Source of the DNA: a virus
Lineage: Duplodnaviria; Caudoviricetes
Virus record (IMG/VR): IMGVR_UViG_3300020255_000007
Coordinates: 1-31,698 of that record
Length of the DNA stretch: 31,698 bases
Direction: 5' to 3' (one strand)
In this document: positions 9,624 through 19,664 of the stretch, in pieces
How the letters are laid out: each line of letters opens with the position of its first letter
How positions within the stretch are numbered: position 1 is the stretch's first letter
Program-made: the position numbers and the translations under genes
The notes under the pieces: generated by a model
Told to the model about the DNA's origin: nothing
Seen by the model: only the letters and a program-made list of their open reading frames with translations
Databases searched by the model: none

Positions 9624-10075
9624 CAGAATAATCTCCTATAGTTATAATAATTTGACCCATCTGGGCCGTAGTTTTCAAAAAATCCATCCTCTGCAAATTG
9701 AAGAAACTTTAAGCTTTTAATTGCTCTATCCCAATCAGCATGGACTTGTGTATGTATTCTTTTAATGCCATTTTCTTTGGCAAGTTTTGGTAAAGATTTA
9801 TTAATAAATCTTAAAATCTTTTGCGGGTGTTTGTGAACCCTATCAGTTCCAAAGAACCAAATATGCCAAACATTATCCCACATTTTTTTTAGACCATAAG
9901 TTGCTACTATGTGACCGTTATCAATAAATGAAAAACTAGTATTTAAAGAAAAATACTTTTCGTAATTCCATTCATTGGTAGGATTTCTCCATTCAATAGT
10001 TGAACCAATAGATGGACTTGAAGTTAAAACATCATTCATATGATGCACTTCAAATTGTATTATTCTAAATGTCAT
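9623..10075 (-). CDS. GNAT-fold / T7 gp13-like virion assembly protein
   Basis: W..WFFGT, RIHTQV..DW.RAIK.LKFLQF..DG....YGPDG motifs. Lies between the nozzle and gp14-like genes. Confidence 0.7.
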   Translation of the reverse strand: MTFRIIQFEVHHMNDVLTSSPSIGSTIEWRNPTNEWNYEKYFSLNTSFSFIDNGHIVATYGLKKMWDNVWHIWFFGTDRVHKHPQKILRFINKSLPKLAKENGIKRIHTQVHADWDRAIKSLKFLQFAEDGFFENYGPDGSNYYNYRRLF

Positions 10076-13032
10076 TCTTCATATGTCTGTAATCTTGGAT
10101 ATAATGCTAATACCGTTAATGGTAATGGTTGATCTTGAGTTACAAAGATAAAACCATCAGTGTCATATCCTGATGAAAATTCTATAGTCTTGTCTCCCGT
10201 AAAGAGAGGTAATGCCTGATCCATTTCATCCGCAGCAGATCGGAAAGGAACAATATCTGATACAGATATGTTCTGCCCTATTTTAAGACCCACACTTCTA
10301 TACACTCTTATAGAAACATCGTGTATTCTTTTTGGTCTTCCTTGAGCTGTTCCCTGAGCTGCACCAGCTTCCACTCTCATAGTCTGAAGGGTAGAAGTAT
10401 AGGGAAAGCCAATATGCACGCTTGTAGCGTTTCTATTCAAGCTAAAAGCACCACTATTATCTACTGTTACTTGTGGATGAGCTGCTCCATCCGCTAACAC
10501 ATTAACTGTTTGTCCAGCAAGGTGTACAGCTCCAGTAAATGAAGACGCAGCTGACCCGTAATAAGATAATCCGCTATCAACAAAATAAGCATCATTTACC
10601 TTATCTCCAAAGTCTAAATAATTTAGTCTTTCAATATATCTTTTTGTTTCACCATTAATAGTTCTTTTAATGGATAGATAAAGTTGATCTTCATCTAAAA
10701 CTCCAGGTATTGCAGCAACACTTTCTACAACACCCCAATCATAAGTTACTGCATTTAAAACAGTAGCAGCATCACCTGAGTTATGTGCTACAGCAGTTGT
10801 TGAATTTGCACCTCTAGTACATCCTGTAAATGATGTCGCTGTTTTTCCTGTATAAGTTATTTGTTCAGAACCAATAGCAATAGTTCCTGTTGATGCAAAA
10901 TCAGCAGTTGATCCTACAGGAATTGTTGTAACAGAATTATTTATTGATGAAGTTAATTTAGATGTTGATTGCACCCATGATCCACCAAACTTATGATTAT
11001 GCCATGCAATAACACTTTCTTCTCTTCTGTAAGTCATACCAGCTAACTGACCATTATTTAAAACACACCACAAAATATTATCTGGTTCTTGCATATGAGA
11101 GATAGATTTAATTCCTGTCTCTGTAATATTCTCAGCAAGAATAGTCATATCTGGTGCTTCATAAGAATTTGTATCAAAGCTATAAACTAGTTCTCTAATT
11201 TTTCTTCTAGCTCTTTGAACAAATAAAGTCACATTACCAACATTAGCTGGTTGAATATTTGCTGATCCATAATTAGCTTGTTTTTTAATTTGTATATTTG
11301 TTGGTGTAACAGGAGCATCAGTACCAGAAGCTTGAATAGCAAACTCACCACCACTAGTTCCAATAATTAATGAGCTACCTGAAGCCATATAACGGATCAC
11401 ATTAACTTCATTTGATCCAATAGTATAAACAATGGCATCTGCATCAGCAGTTCCCATTTGAAAATTTTCAAAATCACCAGAAGCAGAAAAAAAGATTGTT
11501 TGGGGATTATTGTTAGTTCCCGCAAAAACTAATCTCTCTTCATAAAAAGTAACAGCTCTTGGATATCCTGTCGTATCAGAAAAAGCACCTAAAGCCCAAT
11601 TTCTATTAGCTTCAATATCTGTACCATAATAATAATTAACCACACCATTAACTGTTCTTTGTTGTGTGCCATCATTCTCACCCAGATAACCAGCTAATCG
11701 ACTACCTTTATATGGACTAGAAGCACTATTTAACTGAGCATTAGTATAAGTGCCTAATTGGTCGGATGGAGCTAAAAGTATTGTATCATCTGTACACTTA
11801 ACAATTAGATAGGGCCATTTATCATTGTTATACCAAGTATTTAAAGTTTGATAATTACTTGCATGACCTACCTCAAACTCTATAAACATATTCTCTTTAA
11901 AGCCTTCGGTAACAAACTTTCTTTGTTGATCAGTCATTCTATCATTATGCTCTAATCCTGTACCTGAAGGATCACCTTCATGAGTTGATATTCCTGTGCT
12001 TCTATATTCAGGTGTTAGTTCTGTTCTTCCATCTGGATTTTCTAATACATCACCAATAATAACATTTGCCCATTCAACAGTATCGCCACCTGATGGACTT
12101 CCTTGTGAAGTTCCTCCATAAGCTCTTACTACATTGGTTAATGTGTTTGGAGGTGAATTTGTTAAACCTCCATAATATATTAACTCGTCACCTACCCTAA
12201 CAATTCCTTTATTCGGAACATTACTTGTACTATTTAGAGTTAGTTGGTTGTTGCTTGAGTTATAACTAGACCATGTTTTAGTTAATAAACAATTAACTAT
12301 TGGGTTAGCATTAGTTCCTGTATTTTTTTTAGCTCTTACAAAGCCATCATGAACCTGAATTATTCTACCTTGATCAGTAGCTTTAAATCCCGTGTCATTG
12401 TTAATACCTACTATAGTTGCTTCATAATTATTTTGACCATTAGTGTTGTCTGTTGTTTTTGTAAATGAACCAAGATGTACTTGACCAGTTGCACGATCAG
12501 ACCAATTACTTCCATTATATGAGAATAAATAAGTCTCAGTTAAATTTTGATCCATCATTGGGCCATAATTAAATTCAACATCTGTAAGTGTCCAAGCTGT
12601 ATGGTCTGTTCTTGTAAGTTTTTTTACAGGGTATTCTGGGTGACAGATATACATCACATCTGCCGATTGAGTAAATTTTATTTCATCAAGATCACTTTCT
12701 GTATAAGGTGTACTTATTTCATATGGATTACCACCACTAGTTATTGTTCCTCCATCTTTATAAAAACGAATATAATATTCTCCAAACTCAAGCATATAAG
12801 TTTGCGTAACATTAAATTCAAATGGAATTAATCTTACTGCTTTTGTATGGTCTTTGACTTCAGCTACAAAAATAGCTCCTGGTCTCCTAGATGCTCCACC
12901 ATGCGGGTGCACGAGAAAGTTATCCAAGGTTTTACAACCTTGATAATATTTATCGAAGTCAGTTCTACCATCCATACGAGGGCTAAGTTGCCCAGCAGTA
13001 AAACCAGTAAAGGCGGGTGCGGCTTTTGGCAT
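10072..13032 (-). CDS. Tail tubular protein B (nozzle, T7 gp12 / P22 gp10-like)
   Basis: FTAGQLSP, GGASRRPG, RLIPFEF...LEFGEYYIRF, FTQSADV, GYPRAVTFYEERLVF and AWHNH motifs. Confidence 0.9.
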   Translation of the reverse strand: MPKAAPAFTGFTAGQLSPRMDGRTDFDKYYQGCKTLDNFLVHPHGGASRRPGAIFVAEVKDHTKAVRLIPFEFNVTQTYMLEFGEYYIRFYKDGGTITSGGNPYEISTPYTESDLDEIKFTQSADVMYICHPEYPVKKLTRTDHTAWTLTDVEFNYGPMMDQNLTETYLFSYNGSNWSDRATGQVHLGSFTKTTDNTNGQNNYEATIVGINNDTGFKATDQGRIIQVHDGFVRAKKNTGTNANPIVNCLLTKTWSSYNSSNNQLTLNSTSNVPNKGIVRVGDELIYYGGLTNSPPNTLTNVVRAYGGTSQGSPSGGDTVEWANVIIGDVLENPDGRTELTPEYRSTGISTHEGDPSGTGLEHNDRMTDQQRKFVTEGFKENMFIEFEVGHASNYQTLNTWYNNDKWPYLIVKCTDDTILLAPSDQLGTYTNAQLNSASSPYKGSRLAGYLGENDGTQQRTVNGVVNYYYGTDIEANRNWALGAFSDTTGYPRAVTFYEERLVFAGTNNNPQTIFFSASGDFENFQMGTADADAIVYTIGSNEVNVIRYMASGSSLIIGTSGGEFAIQASGTDAPVTPTNIQIKKQANYGSANIQPANVGNVTLFVQRARRKIRELVYSFDTNSYEAPDMTILAENITETGIKSISHMQEPDNILWCVLNNGQLAGMTYRREESVIAWHNHKFGGSWVQSTSKLTSSINNSVTTIPVGSTADFASTGTIAIGSEQITYTGKTATSFTGCTRGANSTTAVAHNSGDAATVLNAVTYDWGVVESVAAIPGVLDEDQLYLSIKRTINGETKRYIERLNYLDFGDKVNDAYFVDSGLSYYGSAASSFTGAVHLAGQTVNVLADGAAHPQVTVDNSGAFSLNRNATSVHIGFPYTSTLQTMRVEAGAAQGTAQGRPKRIHDVSIRVYRSVGLKIGQNISVSDIVPFRSAADEMDQALPLFTGDKTIEFSSGYDTDGFIFVTQDQPLPLTVLALYPRLQTYEE

Positions 13033-13033
13033 T

Positions 13034-13630
13034 TTAGTACCTTGCGTTTATAAATGTATCACTTAATAATGATCCAGTATCTGCAACATTATCTATTGCT
13101 CCAGGAGTACCTTCAGTAGCATCTACAAATCTAGCTTCCGATAATTTATTGGAATAAAGATTATACATATCTGCTACGAGCGTATTTGATCCTACTATTG
13201 AATATGCAATATCTGCTGCCAAACGAGCTGCGATAGTTTCTATTAATAGAGTATCATATTGTTGTGGGTCTGTAATACGAGCCACATAGACAATATTAAT
13301 TGCACTTTCATCGGTTAAAATTTTTCTTCCCTCTACCCTATGCACTATTGTTAAATCATCCAATGATAATAATCGTAAACAATACGGGTCAGATGGGAGT
13401 GTGTATTGATAAGTAAATTCAAAAGCTGGTGCAGTTGCATCCGCAGCTAATGAAGTTCTGTTAATAAGACAGTTCCAAGGATGTGCTCTCATAACTGCAT
13501 CTCTAACAAATGAGTATCTTTGATTACATATACGCCCTGTTTTACTATCTTCTGTTAAATCAAGAATATTTGACGCTCCGATCATATTCAGAGCTGAATT
13601 GCATATCCCTACATCTGAGACTGCTGACAT
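13034..13630 (-). CDS. Tail tubular protein A (adaptor, T7 gp11-like)
   Basis: ICNSALNMIGA, HPWNC, YTLPSD..CLR motifs and a C-terminal INARY. Confidence 0.9.
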   Translation of the reverse strand: MSAVSDVGICNSALNMIGASNILDLTEDSKTGRICNQRYSFVRDAVMRAHPWNCLINRTSLAADATAPAFEFTYQYTLPSDPYCLRLLSLDDLTIVHRVEGRKILTDESAINIVYVARITDPQQYDTLLIETIAARLAADIAYSIVGSNTLVADMYNLYSNKLSEARFVDATEGTPGAIDNVADTGSLLSDTFINARY

Positions 13631-13660
13631 TTGAAACCTCTTTTAATTTGTTTAGGAAAT

Positions 13661-13697
13661 AATGTGAAGGAGCTGCAATCGCTCACTCCCTCACATT
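13661..13697 (-). terminator. Hairpin after the capsid genes (weak terminator or stabiliser)
   Basis: Minus-strand 12-bp stem AATGTGAGGGAG/CTCCTTCACATT with one G-U pair and a poor U tail. Confidence 0.5.
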
Positions 13698-13707
13698 TTG
13701 AACATCG

Positions 13708-14136
13708 TTACTCTACAGAGTAGATAACTGTACTTTGAATAGTACCAGTCGCAGCAGCACCAGCAGTCGTAATGAGAATATCATTAGTTGTGCTTGTTAC
13801 TTCATAGTTGTGACCAGCTATTTCGCCATCGCCTAATAAAGATATAACTTTATCAGCCGTGTTCATAGCAGTCGCAGTTATGTAGCGATCAGCAGTAGTG
13901 CTATCACCTACAGCCAGAGTTACTGATCCACCTAAAGCGTCAGCAATAACTTTGATGTCTATGATTTTAGCACCAGTAGGTATTCTAGCGACAGTAATAT
14001 CAGAACCAGCAGCAAGCGAGCTTGCTTCATAAGTGTCTGTAAATACTCGTAGTTTACCTGAAACTTCTCTAGCGTCTGGAAGAGTGCTTGGAGAAGCATC
14101 AAGGTTAGTAATGTTTGTTGATTTTACACTAGCCAT
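13708..14136 (-). CDS. Capsid decoration/cement protein
   Basis: 142 aa, beta-rich (RIPTGAKIIDI...TLAVGD...RY), directly after the major capsid gene as in BPP-1-like phages. Confidence 0.7.
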   Translation of the reverse strand: MASVKSTNITNLDASPSTLPDAREVSGKLRVFTDTYEASSLAAGSDITVARIPTGAKIIDIKVIADALGGSVTLAVGDSTTADRYITATAMNTADKVISLLGDGEIAGHNYEVTSTTNDILITTAGAAATGTIQSTVIYSVE

Positions 14137-14147
14137 TATTTATCTCC

Positions 14148-14999
14148 TTACTCTTGACAGTCAATGCTGACTACTTTTGCTTCTTCCATTCTTGTTGATC
14201 CTATGTCTTGTGCACAGAATACTTGAGTAGAATAAGACTTGTCAGCTCTAGTTGAAATTTCGGTTTTTAAGTTCATGCCTGTAGCAAGTAGAATACCATC
14301 TTCAGCCCATGCAAAACATTTACGGTCTGAACCAGATTTAGATAGTCTATTGGTTAAGATGAATTTAAATCCAAGGAAAGTATCGATATCACCTGATACT
14401 AATGCTTTAACAGAATTGTAATCAGCTGATGTTACTGTTGTTGAATTTAAAAGGTCTTCTATTTGTTCAGGACTAACAGCTATGTATCTTTTGATAGATG
14501 GATCAACATTGCCAAGATCAAGCTTCTTTTTAGCTTCGATCAGTTTAGCAAGAGTTAAACCAGTACCGCCAGCAGCGATAGTGTTAGATAATGAAACGGA
14601 TGTTGAACCACTCTTTCCTGTGTAAGCAGTTCCTGTAGCCGCAGCGATAATTGTATCGTCAATACTTCTAGACATGGCAGCAGCAGCTGATTTAGCATAT
14701 GTGCTTTCAGGACTAATAAGTAGTCTTACTTTATCGCTATCGTCAATAAGGTCAGCCCATTCATAAGTCTCAGTTACGACTTGTCTTCTGTCGTGTTGAG
14801 AGTGAACGAGCGGAGTGTCACCGTGTCTTGAAGTTTTCTTTACAGCTGCGGTTGAACCGAGTTGCTCAAAGAAAGCTTTTTCACCAGTGATACTTTCCTC
14901 ACGGACTGCATTACGGAATAGTGATCCTGTTTGTTGTGACAACATTTGTATATTGTTTGAAAACTGTTGAACAAACGCTGTTGTTATTTGTGTACTCAC
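14148..14999 (-). CDS. Major capsid protein (BPP-1/HTVC010P-type)
   Basis: MSTQITTAFVQQF..LSQQ.GS, RHGDTP, D.KVRLL..P.S.Y, LV.G.IDTFLGFKFI and G.TRMEE motifs. GTG start with a GGAGA SD. Confidence 0.93.
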   Translation of the reverse strand: MSTQITTAFVQQFSNNIQMLSQQTGSLFRNAVREESITGEKAFFEQLGSTAAVKKTSRHGDTPLVHSQHDRRQVVTETYEWADLIDDSDKVRLLISPESTYAKSAAAAMSRSIDDTIIAAATGTAYTGKSGSTSVSLSNTIAAGGTGLTLAKLIEAKKKLDLGNVDPSIKRYIAVSPEQIEDLLNSTTVTSADYNSVKALVSGDIDTFLGFKFILTNRLSKSGSDRKCFAWAEDGILLATGMNLKTEISTRADKSYSTQVFCAQDIGSTRMEEAKVVSIDCQE

Positions 15000-15110
15000 T
15001 TAAAAATCTCCATAATAACAATTTTGGGTGGCTACCTCACAAAATGTGAGACCAAGTTTAAAAAAAGGACTATCGTGTCCACAAAAACGGAGGGGTCTAC
15101 CGACTTATCC

Positions 15111-15965
15111 TCAAAGGGCTACTGGTTCTTCAGTAGCTTGTGGGTGAAGCAGTTCATACAGCTTAGAAACATTTCGGACATACCCTTCATGTTCAGGATG
15201 TCTCTTATCCCAATACGGTGTAGTGGGAGCTGTTAATTGAGCAATCTCATCCTGAATTTCATCAGGTGATCTTGTTCCAGCTGGTTTGAACGAGCTAATT
15301 TCGTCTTCACCGATCTTGTCGGTGATAAAGTGTCCAATACTAGACATTAAACGGATAAAGTTTGGATTATCTCCTAACTTAGTTCCATCAGCTTGTAGAG
15401 TATTAGACAAAGTATTTGCATTTTCCTCACTCCCAGAAAATTCAATAATAGCTGCTTGAGCTAATTGTACACGGTCTTCATAAGCATCACCCCATTGTGA
15501 TTTTAATTCTTGTACCGCATTATCTCTTAGTGTGTTTAATGCTTGAGTGTTTCTTTCGTTTTGCGAAGAAGCAAACTCATTATAATTATTAAAAAATGTA
15601 TTCGCTTGATCCGCTGTTAATCCAGAAGCGTGAGCTGCGTCTCTGATGAAATCAGCAATTTCTTGCGGAGTACCATCAGGAATATCAAAAGCATAATCAG
15701 AAGCATTTTCAGGTCTACCGATCTTTTGGTAAAATTCCATCCTCTCTTCAGGTGTTGCGTGCTTTCCAGGTATAACTACCTTATCAGCACCTATCATGCT
15801 TTGTGCGTTAACATATGATTTAGCTAAATTTCCTACATCAGAAATTGTTGCTAATGAACGGTGGTCTCGTATCTCTTCTGGAAGCATTGACTTCCAGTCA
15901 TCAACACCAGCACCGTCAGACGGTTGTTCAACCGCTGCCTGTTCGGCTACTTGTGGTTCAGACAT
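15111..15965 (-). CDS. Capsid scaffolding/assembly protein
   Basis: W...LPEE, LAKSY..AQ..IG, GRPE...Y, L..QWG..Y, LGDNP.FI and YWDKRHPEH motifs. Upstream of the capsid gene. Confidence 0.85.
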   Translation of the reverse strand: MSEPQVAEQAAVEQPSDGAGVDDWKSMLPEEIRDHRSLATISDVGNLAKSYVNAQSMIGADKVVIPGKHATPEERMEFYQKIGRPENASDYAFDIPDGTPQEIADFIRDAAHASGLTADQANTFFNNYNEFASSQNERNTQALNTLRDNAVQELKSQWGDAYEDRVQLAQAAIIEFSGSEENANTLSNTLQADGTKLGDNPNFIRLMSSIGHFITDKIGEDEISSFKPAGTRSPDEIQDEIAQLTAPTTPYWDKRHPEHEGYVRNVSKLYELLHPQATEEPVAL

Positions 15966-15978
15966 TTATTTCTCCTTA

Positions 15979-16254
15979 TTAAGTTGGGTCTGTGTAAAGT
16001 TGACTTTCCATTATTCCTTCCTGTGGTTTTTCTTCTGCTGAAATCATTTTCAACAACCATAGGACTACACTTCGCTGACCTTCAGCGTAAGCAAGTTCAT
16101 GAGCGTCAATTTTATCTGTCGTAACTATTGTTGTGTAAACATGAAATCGTTTACATAAATCTTCTATAATATTCTCACCAAGAACACCTTTAAATAGTTG
16201 TTCATAATCAGACTTAATTGCCATCGCTTTTTTTATTTGATCTTCCTCGGACAT
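15979..16254 (-). CDS. Conserved head-module protein (Bbp19-like); start revised to 16254
   Basis: Y..LF....G..I.EDL..RF and AY.EGQRSVV motifs. GGAGAGG SD precedes ATG 16254, not the TTG at 16311. Confidence 0.75.
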   Translation of the reverse strand: MSEEDQIKKAMAIKSDYEQLFKGVLGENIIEDLCKRFHVYTTIVTTDKIDAHELAYAEGQRSVVLWLLKMISAEEKPQEGIMESQLYTDPT

Positions 16255-16351
16255 ATTCCTCTCCAAAAGTTTCTTTAAGAAATTCTTGATCCTCTCTATA
16301 CAATCTATCAAGTATTTCCTGATTACTTTCCATTTGAGGTTTATTCTTCAT
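16214..16351 (-). CDS. Small hypothetical protein (45 aa)
   Basis: MKNKPQMESNQEILDRLYREDQEFLKETFGEEYVRGRSNKKSDGN. Fills the gap between the portal and Bbp19-like genes and overlaps both. Confidence 0.4.
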   Translation of the reverse strand: MKNKPQMESNQEILDRLYREDQEFLKETFGEEYVRGRSNKKSDGN

Positions 16352-17948
16352 TTAAAGCTTTTAATGCTGGAGCAGCTTTGTTTAACATTTCAGCTTGGTT
16401 CATTTCTGTAGCTTGTTGTTGTACTTGAGCTTGTGAAGCTTTTCTTTGATACCTTATATTTCTAACTTCATCTTCACCTTTAGTTACTTCAGCTGGTATT
16501 CCTAATACTCTAATTAAATGTTTAGCTATTCCATCGATATCTAAGAAATCAACAATACCTGGATCGACTTGTGCTAATGGTTGCATTAATTCAAATAACT
16601 GCATTGTTGACTGCATATCGCCTTGTTTCTGAGCTTTCGCTAATGGTGATACATATTCAATATCCACTTCACCTTGAGCCTGAGCTAACATAGGTGGAGG
16701 TGGTGGGAATTTTTGTTTTCTCATTAATATCATAAATACTCTATTTATAACGGGCTGTAATAACTCGGCTTGTAATCTACCAAGTACTGGGCCTAGTAAT
16801 TGCATTTTTTCATTTGTTCGAGCCTGAACCTCGGTCGCAGTCATTTGAGGCCCGCCCACGCCAAGTTGTAATTGATCCACATAAAAAGACGCTCGAATTG
16901 CTTGTCTACGCTGCTCTTCCATCTGGAGACCGAGTGGGTTATTTGCCGCAATCTGAAGCGGCTCTAGTCTATCCCGTGTTCCTGATCTATAAAAGTTTAG
17001 ACCTCCAGGAACGGTTCTGATTGGTAATACAAAACCATCATCGGGTATCATTAAAGGTGGATCGATCTGCTTTTGAGCAGCTCTAATAGTAACCTCAGAC
17101 ATTTTATTTAACATCTTAATATCAGGTAAAGCAGTCATAGCTGGGCTACGACCATAACCTTTTTCGTTAGATGCTTTTAAATATCTTGGGCACATATACG
17201 GAAATTCATCGAACCCGCTTTCACCTACAATCTCCACAGCTTCTGGATCAATATAAATTGATGCAAAAGGTTTTTGGTCTGCTGTCGGTTTTGTTATGTC
17301 TCTTTTATCTCTAGGCATAACTACATGAAGCAGCTCCATGTCATCAAATGGGTCTTTATCAAAAGCATCTTTAATAGATGGTTTAGCACCAAATCTATCT
17401 AAAGCAGCTCTTGTTGATATTTTAAATTTTCTAAATACAGTGTCTACTCTTCCAGTACTATCTTCAGAAACAAAACACTCTGAAATATGTCTTGTAGAAA
17501 AGCGAACATCAAACTCGTCATCTTGCTCTACTAGCATGATGCCTGTACCAAAAACAATTAGATCATGATAAAGCTCATGTATTTGTTCTTGGAAATTACT
17601 TCTATGAAATGTGTGATACATTATTTTCTTGGTTTCATCTAACCAAGATTTAGCTTCATCACTAGCATCAAGTTGTGGAGCAGTATATTTAAGACTGAAC
17701 CAAGGTGTAGAAGCATTAGTTAACATCCCATGTAATGATGCAGATAATAATTCCGCTGCGTGTACTGCTGTGGCATCATATAAGTTTACTGTTCTCTTAT
17801 TACCAGGAGATGATACTCTAACTATCTCACTTTTTCTTGGAGCAACATAATCACCAAGCTCTTGCCAATGGTGTTCCCAAGTTGATCTTTGTTGTTTTAA
17901 AGTATCAAATCTTTTTACTAGCTTCGCAGCTTTCTCACTTACAGCCAT
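16341..17948 (-). CDS. Portal / head-to-tail connector (T7 gp8-like)
   Basis: YDATA, PWF.L, SNF, FGTG, YGRSPAM.ALPD, MTATEV..R..EK..LLGP and EYVSPLA.AQ motifs. Confidence 0.96.
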   Translation of the reverse strand: MAVSEKAAKLVKRFDTLKQQRSTWEHHWQELGDYVAPRKSEIVRVSSPGNKRTVNLYDATAVHAAELLSASLHGMLTNASTPWFSLKYTAPQLDASDEAKSWLDETKKIMYHTFHRSNFQEQIHELYHDLIVFGTGIMLVEQDDEFDVRFSTRHISECFVSEDSTGRVDTVFRKFKISTRAALDRFGAKPSIKDAFDKDPFDDMELLHVVMPRDKRDITKPTADQKPFASIYIDPEAVEIVGESGFDEFPYMCPRYLKASNEKGYGRSPAMTALPDIKMLNKMSEVTIRAAQKQIDPPLMIPDDGFVLPIRTVPGGLNFYRSGTRDRLEPLQIAANNPLGLQMEEQRRQAIRASFYVDQLQLGVGGPQMTATEVQARTNEKMQLLGPVLGRLQAELLQPVINRVFMILMRKQKFPPPPPMLAQAQGEVDIEYVSPLAKAQKQGDMQSTMQLFELMQPLAQVDPGIVDFLDIDGIAKHLIRVLGIPAEVTKGEDEVRNIRYQRKASQAQVQQQATEMNQAEMLNKAAPALKALNEE

Positions 17949-17951
17949 TGT

Positions 17952-19664
17952 TTAACCTTTCGCAAATTTAGTTGCTACTAATGATGGTTTATTAATTGTT
18001 GGTGCAGATAAAAGACCCATACCAGCAAAAGGTGCACTAGCATAATTTCTTGCAGCCATACCCATTCTGTTAAATCTAGTATCTCTTGCATCCGCATCTT
18101 CATCACCTATGTGGACAACATTTTTTGGTAAAACAAAACCTTTAGGGCCTTTACTTTCTTTGTCTTTCTTTTCTTTCGCTTTTTTTATGTCATCTAAAGT
18201 TTTTGTCCAAGTCTGGTTTTTCTGAAAATCCCAATCAAGCCATTCTTGTAATTCTTGAAAAGTAAATCCATATGTTTCCATAAATCCTTGTATGCTTTCA
18301 CCGCCAGTTGTTAGATTTTGTCTAAACCTTAATTTGTCATCCGCATTAGATAAATTCTTTAATATGAATATTGTTTTAGCGTTATCATCCATATTCAGAA
18401 ACTCTTCATTACTTATTAAAGTCTCTAATATGTTGGCTGGTAAATCTCTACCAAAAAGACTAGCATAAGCACTTTGAGCCCATCCGCTTAGATCATCATC
18501 ACTATTACTTTTTTTAGTTGTTGATCCGTCAGTCCAGCCTTCTGTAAAGTTATCCATAGACCATTGTAATTGATTACCAGCTGCATCTGATTTCTGTAAA
18601 ATTTTACCATCTTTAGTTAAAGCAATTATAATTTCAGTGTCCGCTATAGTAATACTTGTTGTATAAACATCCTTACCGTTTAAAGTCATTTTAGTAAAAT
18701 TAGGATCAGCATCTACTGTATCAGGATTAAAACCACCATATGTTATTCCACCACTGTCATTAGAAAGAATAGAAGTAAATTCTCCATATTCAGATTTCCA
18801 TCCAGCTTCTTGCCAATTAAAGTCTTCGTCACTAGAAGAGCTCCCCCCACCCTTAACAATGCTTTCCCATTTCAAGCCTTCGTCACCGCCTGTATATTTG
18901 AAATAGACTTTTCCATCTTTAGTAATAGTTTCAAAATATTCATCTCTGAATTTAGTAGCTAATTTATTGATAGGGGAGTTTTCAGCAGTGATAGCTGTTT
19001 GAGATAAATATCGTAAAGTATCTGAAGGTGTATAACCAGCGTCTTTAAATGTAACTAATAAATCTTGAATAGTAACATCATCAGGCAGATATGTGTCTCC
19101 TGTTGCAGATTGATCTAATAATGTTTGGATATAACCAGTAAATGTTTGGATTGTTTCATCGTCTTGAAAAATATCTGATGTTGATCCCCATTGGTTTCCA
19201 GTATCATCATATTCATCAAACCAAACTGTGTCTTCTCCATCATCTCCACTATCTGCTCCATCATCTCCGTCATCTCCATCATCTCCGTCATCATCTGTTT
19301 TTAGCAAGCCAGCAGATGTTCCTCCAGTCCAGTTCCCGTCAGCATCGAAGAAAGCAGAAAGATCAGGTATGAAATTACTACCGCCAGTGCTAAATGGATT
19401 GAAGTTATAAGATAGAGTTGAATAATCGAAATCGGATGTTGCACCAGTAGTTTCTGACCCACCACTTGTTAAAGCAGTATTTCCGCTAGTTTGTGAATTT
19501 ATAAAATTTTCATTATTGAGTGTGAAATCTGATGCGTTATTAGTTGTAATTAATGTTGTATCTAATCCTGTAGTTTTAAATTGATTAGCTCCAGTAGGTA
19601 CTGTTGTGGCATAATCTGAGTAATCTAAATCCTCAAAATTAAAGTTTAAAAAGCTTGTAGACAT
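17952..19664 (-). CDS. Large acidic, low-complexity pre-portal protein (probable minor virion protein)
   Basis: 570 aa, rich in D/T/G/S, with a basic C-terminus ending GLLSAPTINKPSLV. Confidence 0.6.
   Translation of the reverse strand: MSTSFLNFNFEDLDYSDYATTVPTGANQFKTTGLDTTLITTNNASDFTLNNENFINSQTSGNTALTSGGSETTGATSDFDYSTLSYNFNPFSTGGSNFIPDLSAFFDADGNWTGGTSAGLLKTDDDGDDGDDGDDGADSGDDGEDTVWFDEYDDTGNQWGSTSDIFQDDETIQTFTGYIQTLLDQSATGDTYLPDDVTIQDLLVTFKDAGYTPSDTLRYLSQTAITAENSPINKLATKFRDEYFETITKDGKVYFKYTGGDEGLKWESIVKGGGSSSSDEDFNWQEAGWKSEYGEFTSILSNDSGGITYGGFNPDTVDADPNFTKMTLNGKDVYTTSITIADTEIIIALTKDGKILQKSDAAGNQLQWSMDNFTEGWTDGSTTKKSNSDDDLSGWAQSAYASLFGRDLPANILETLISNEEFLNMDDNAKTIFILKNLSNADDKLRFRQNLTTGGESIQGFMETYGFTFQELQEWLDWDFQKNQTWTKTLDDIKKAKEKKDKESKGPKGFVLPKNVVHIGDEDADARDTRFNRMGMAARNYASAPFAGMGLLSAPTINKPSLVATKFAKG
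19231..19296. repeat. Degenerate 9-bp tandem repeat (TCATCTCC[A/G]) encoding (GDD)n
   Basis: tcatctccg-tcatctcca-tcatctccg plus degenerate copies. Confidence 0.8.

Noticed and set aside
19231-19296. Repeat as a CRISPR array or DGR template
   Set aside because: It is an in-frame 9-bp coding repeat without spacers. No cas or reverse transcriptase gene is in the window.
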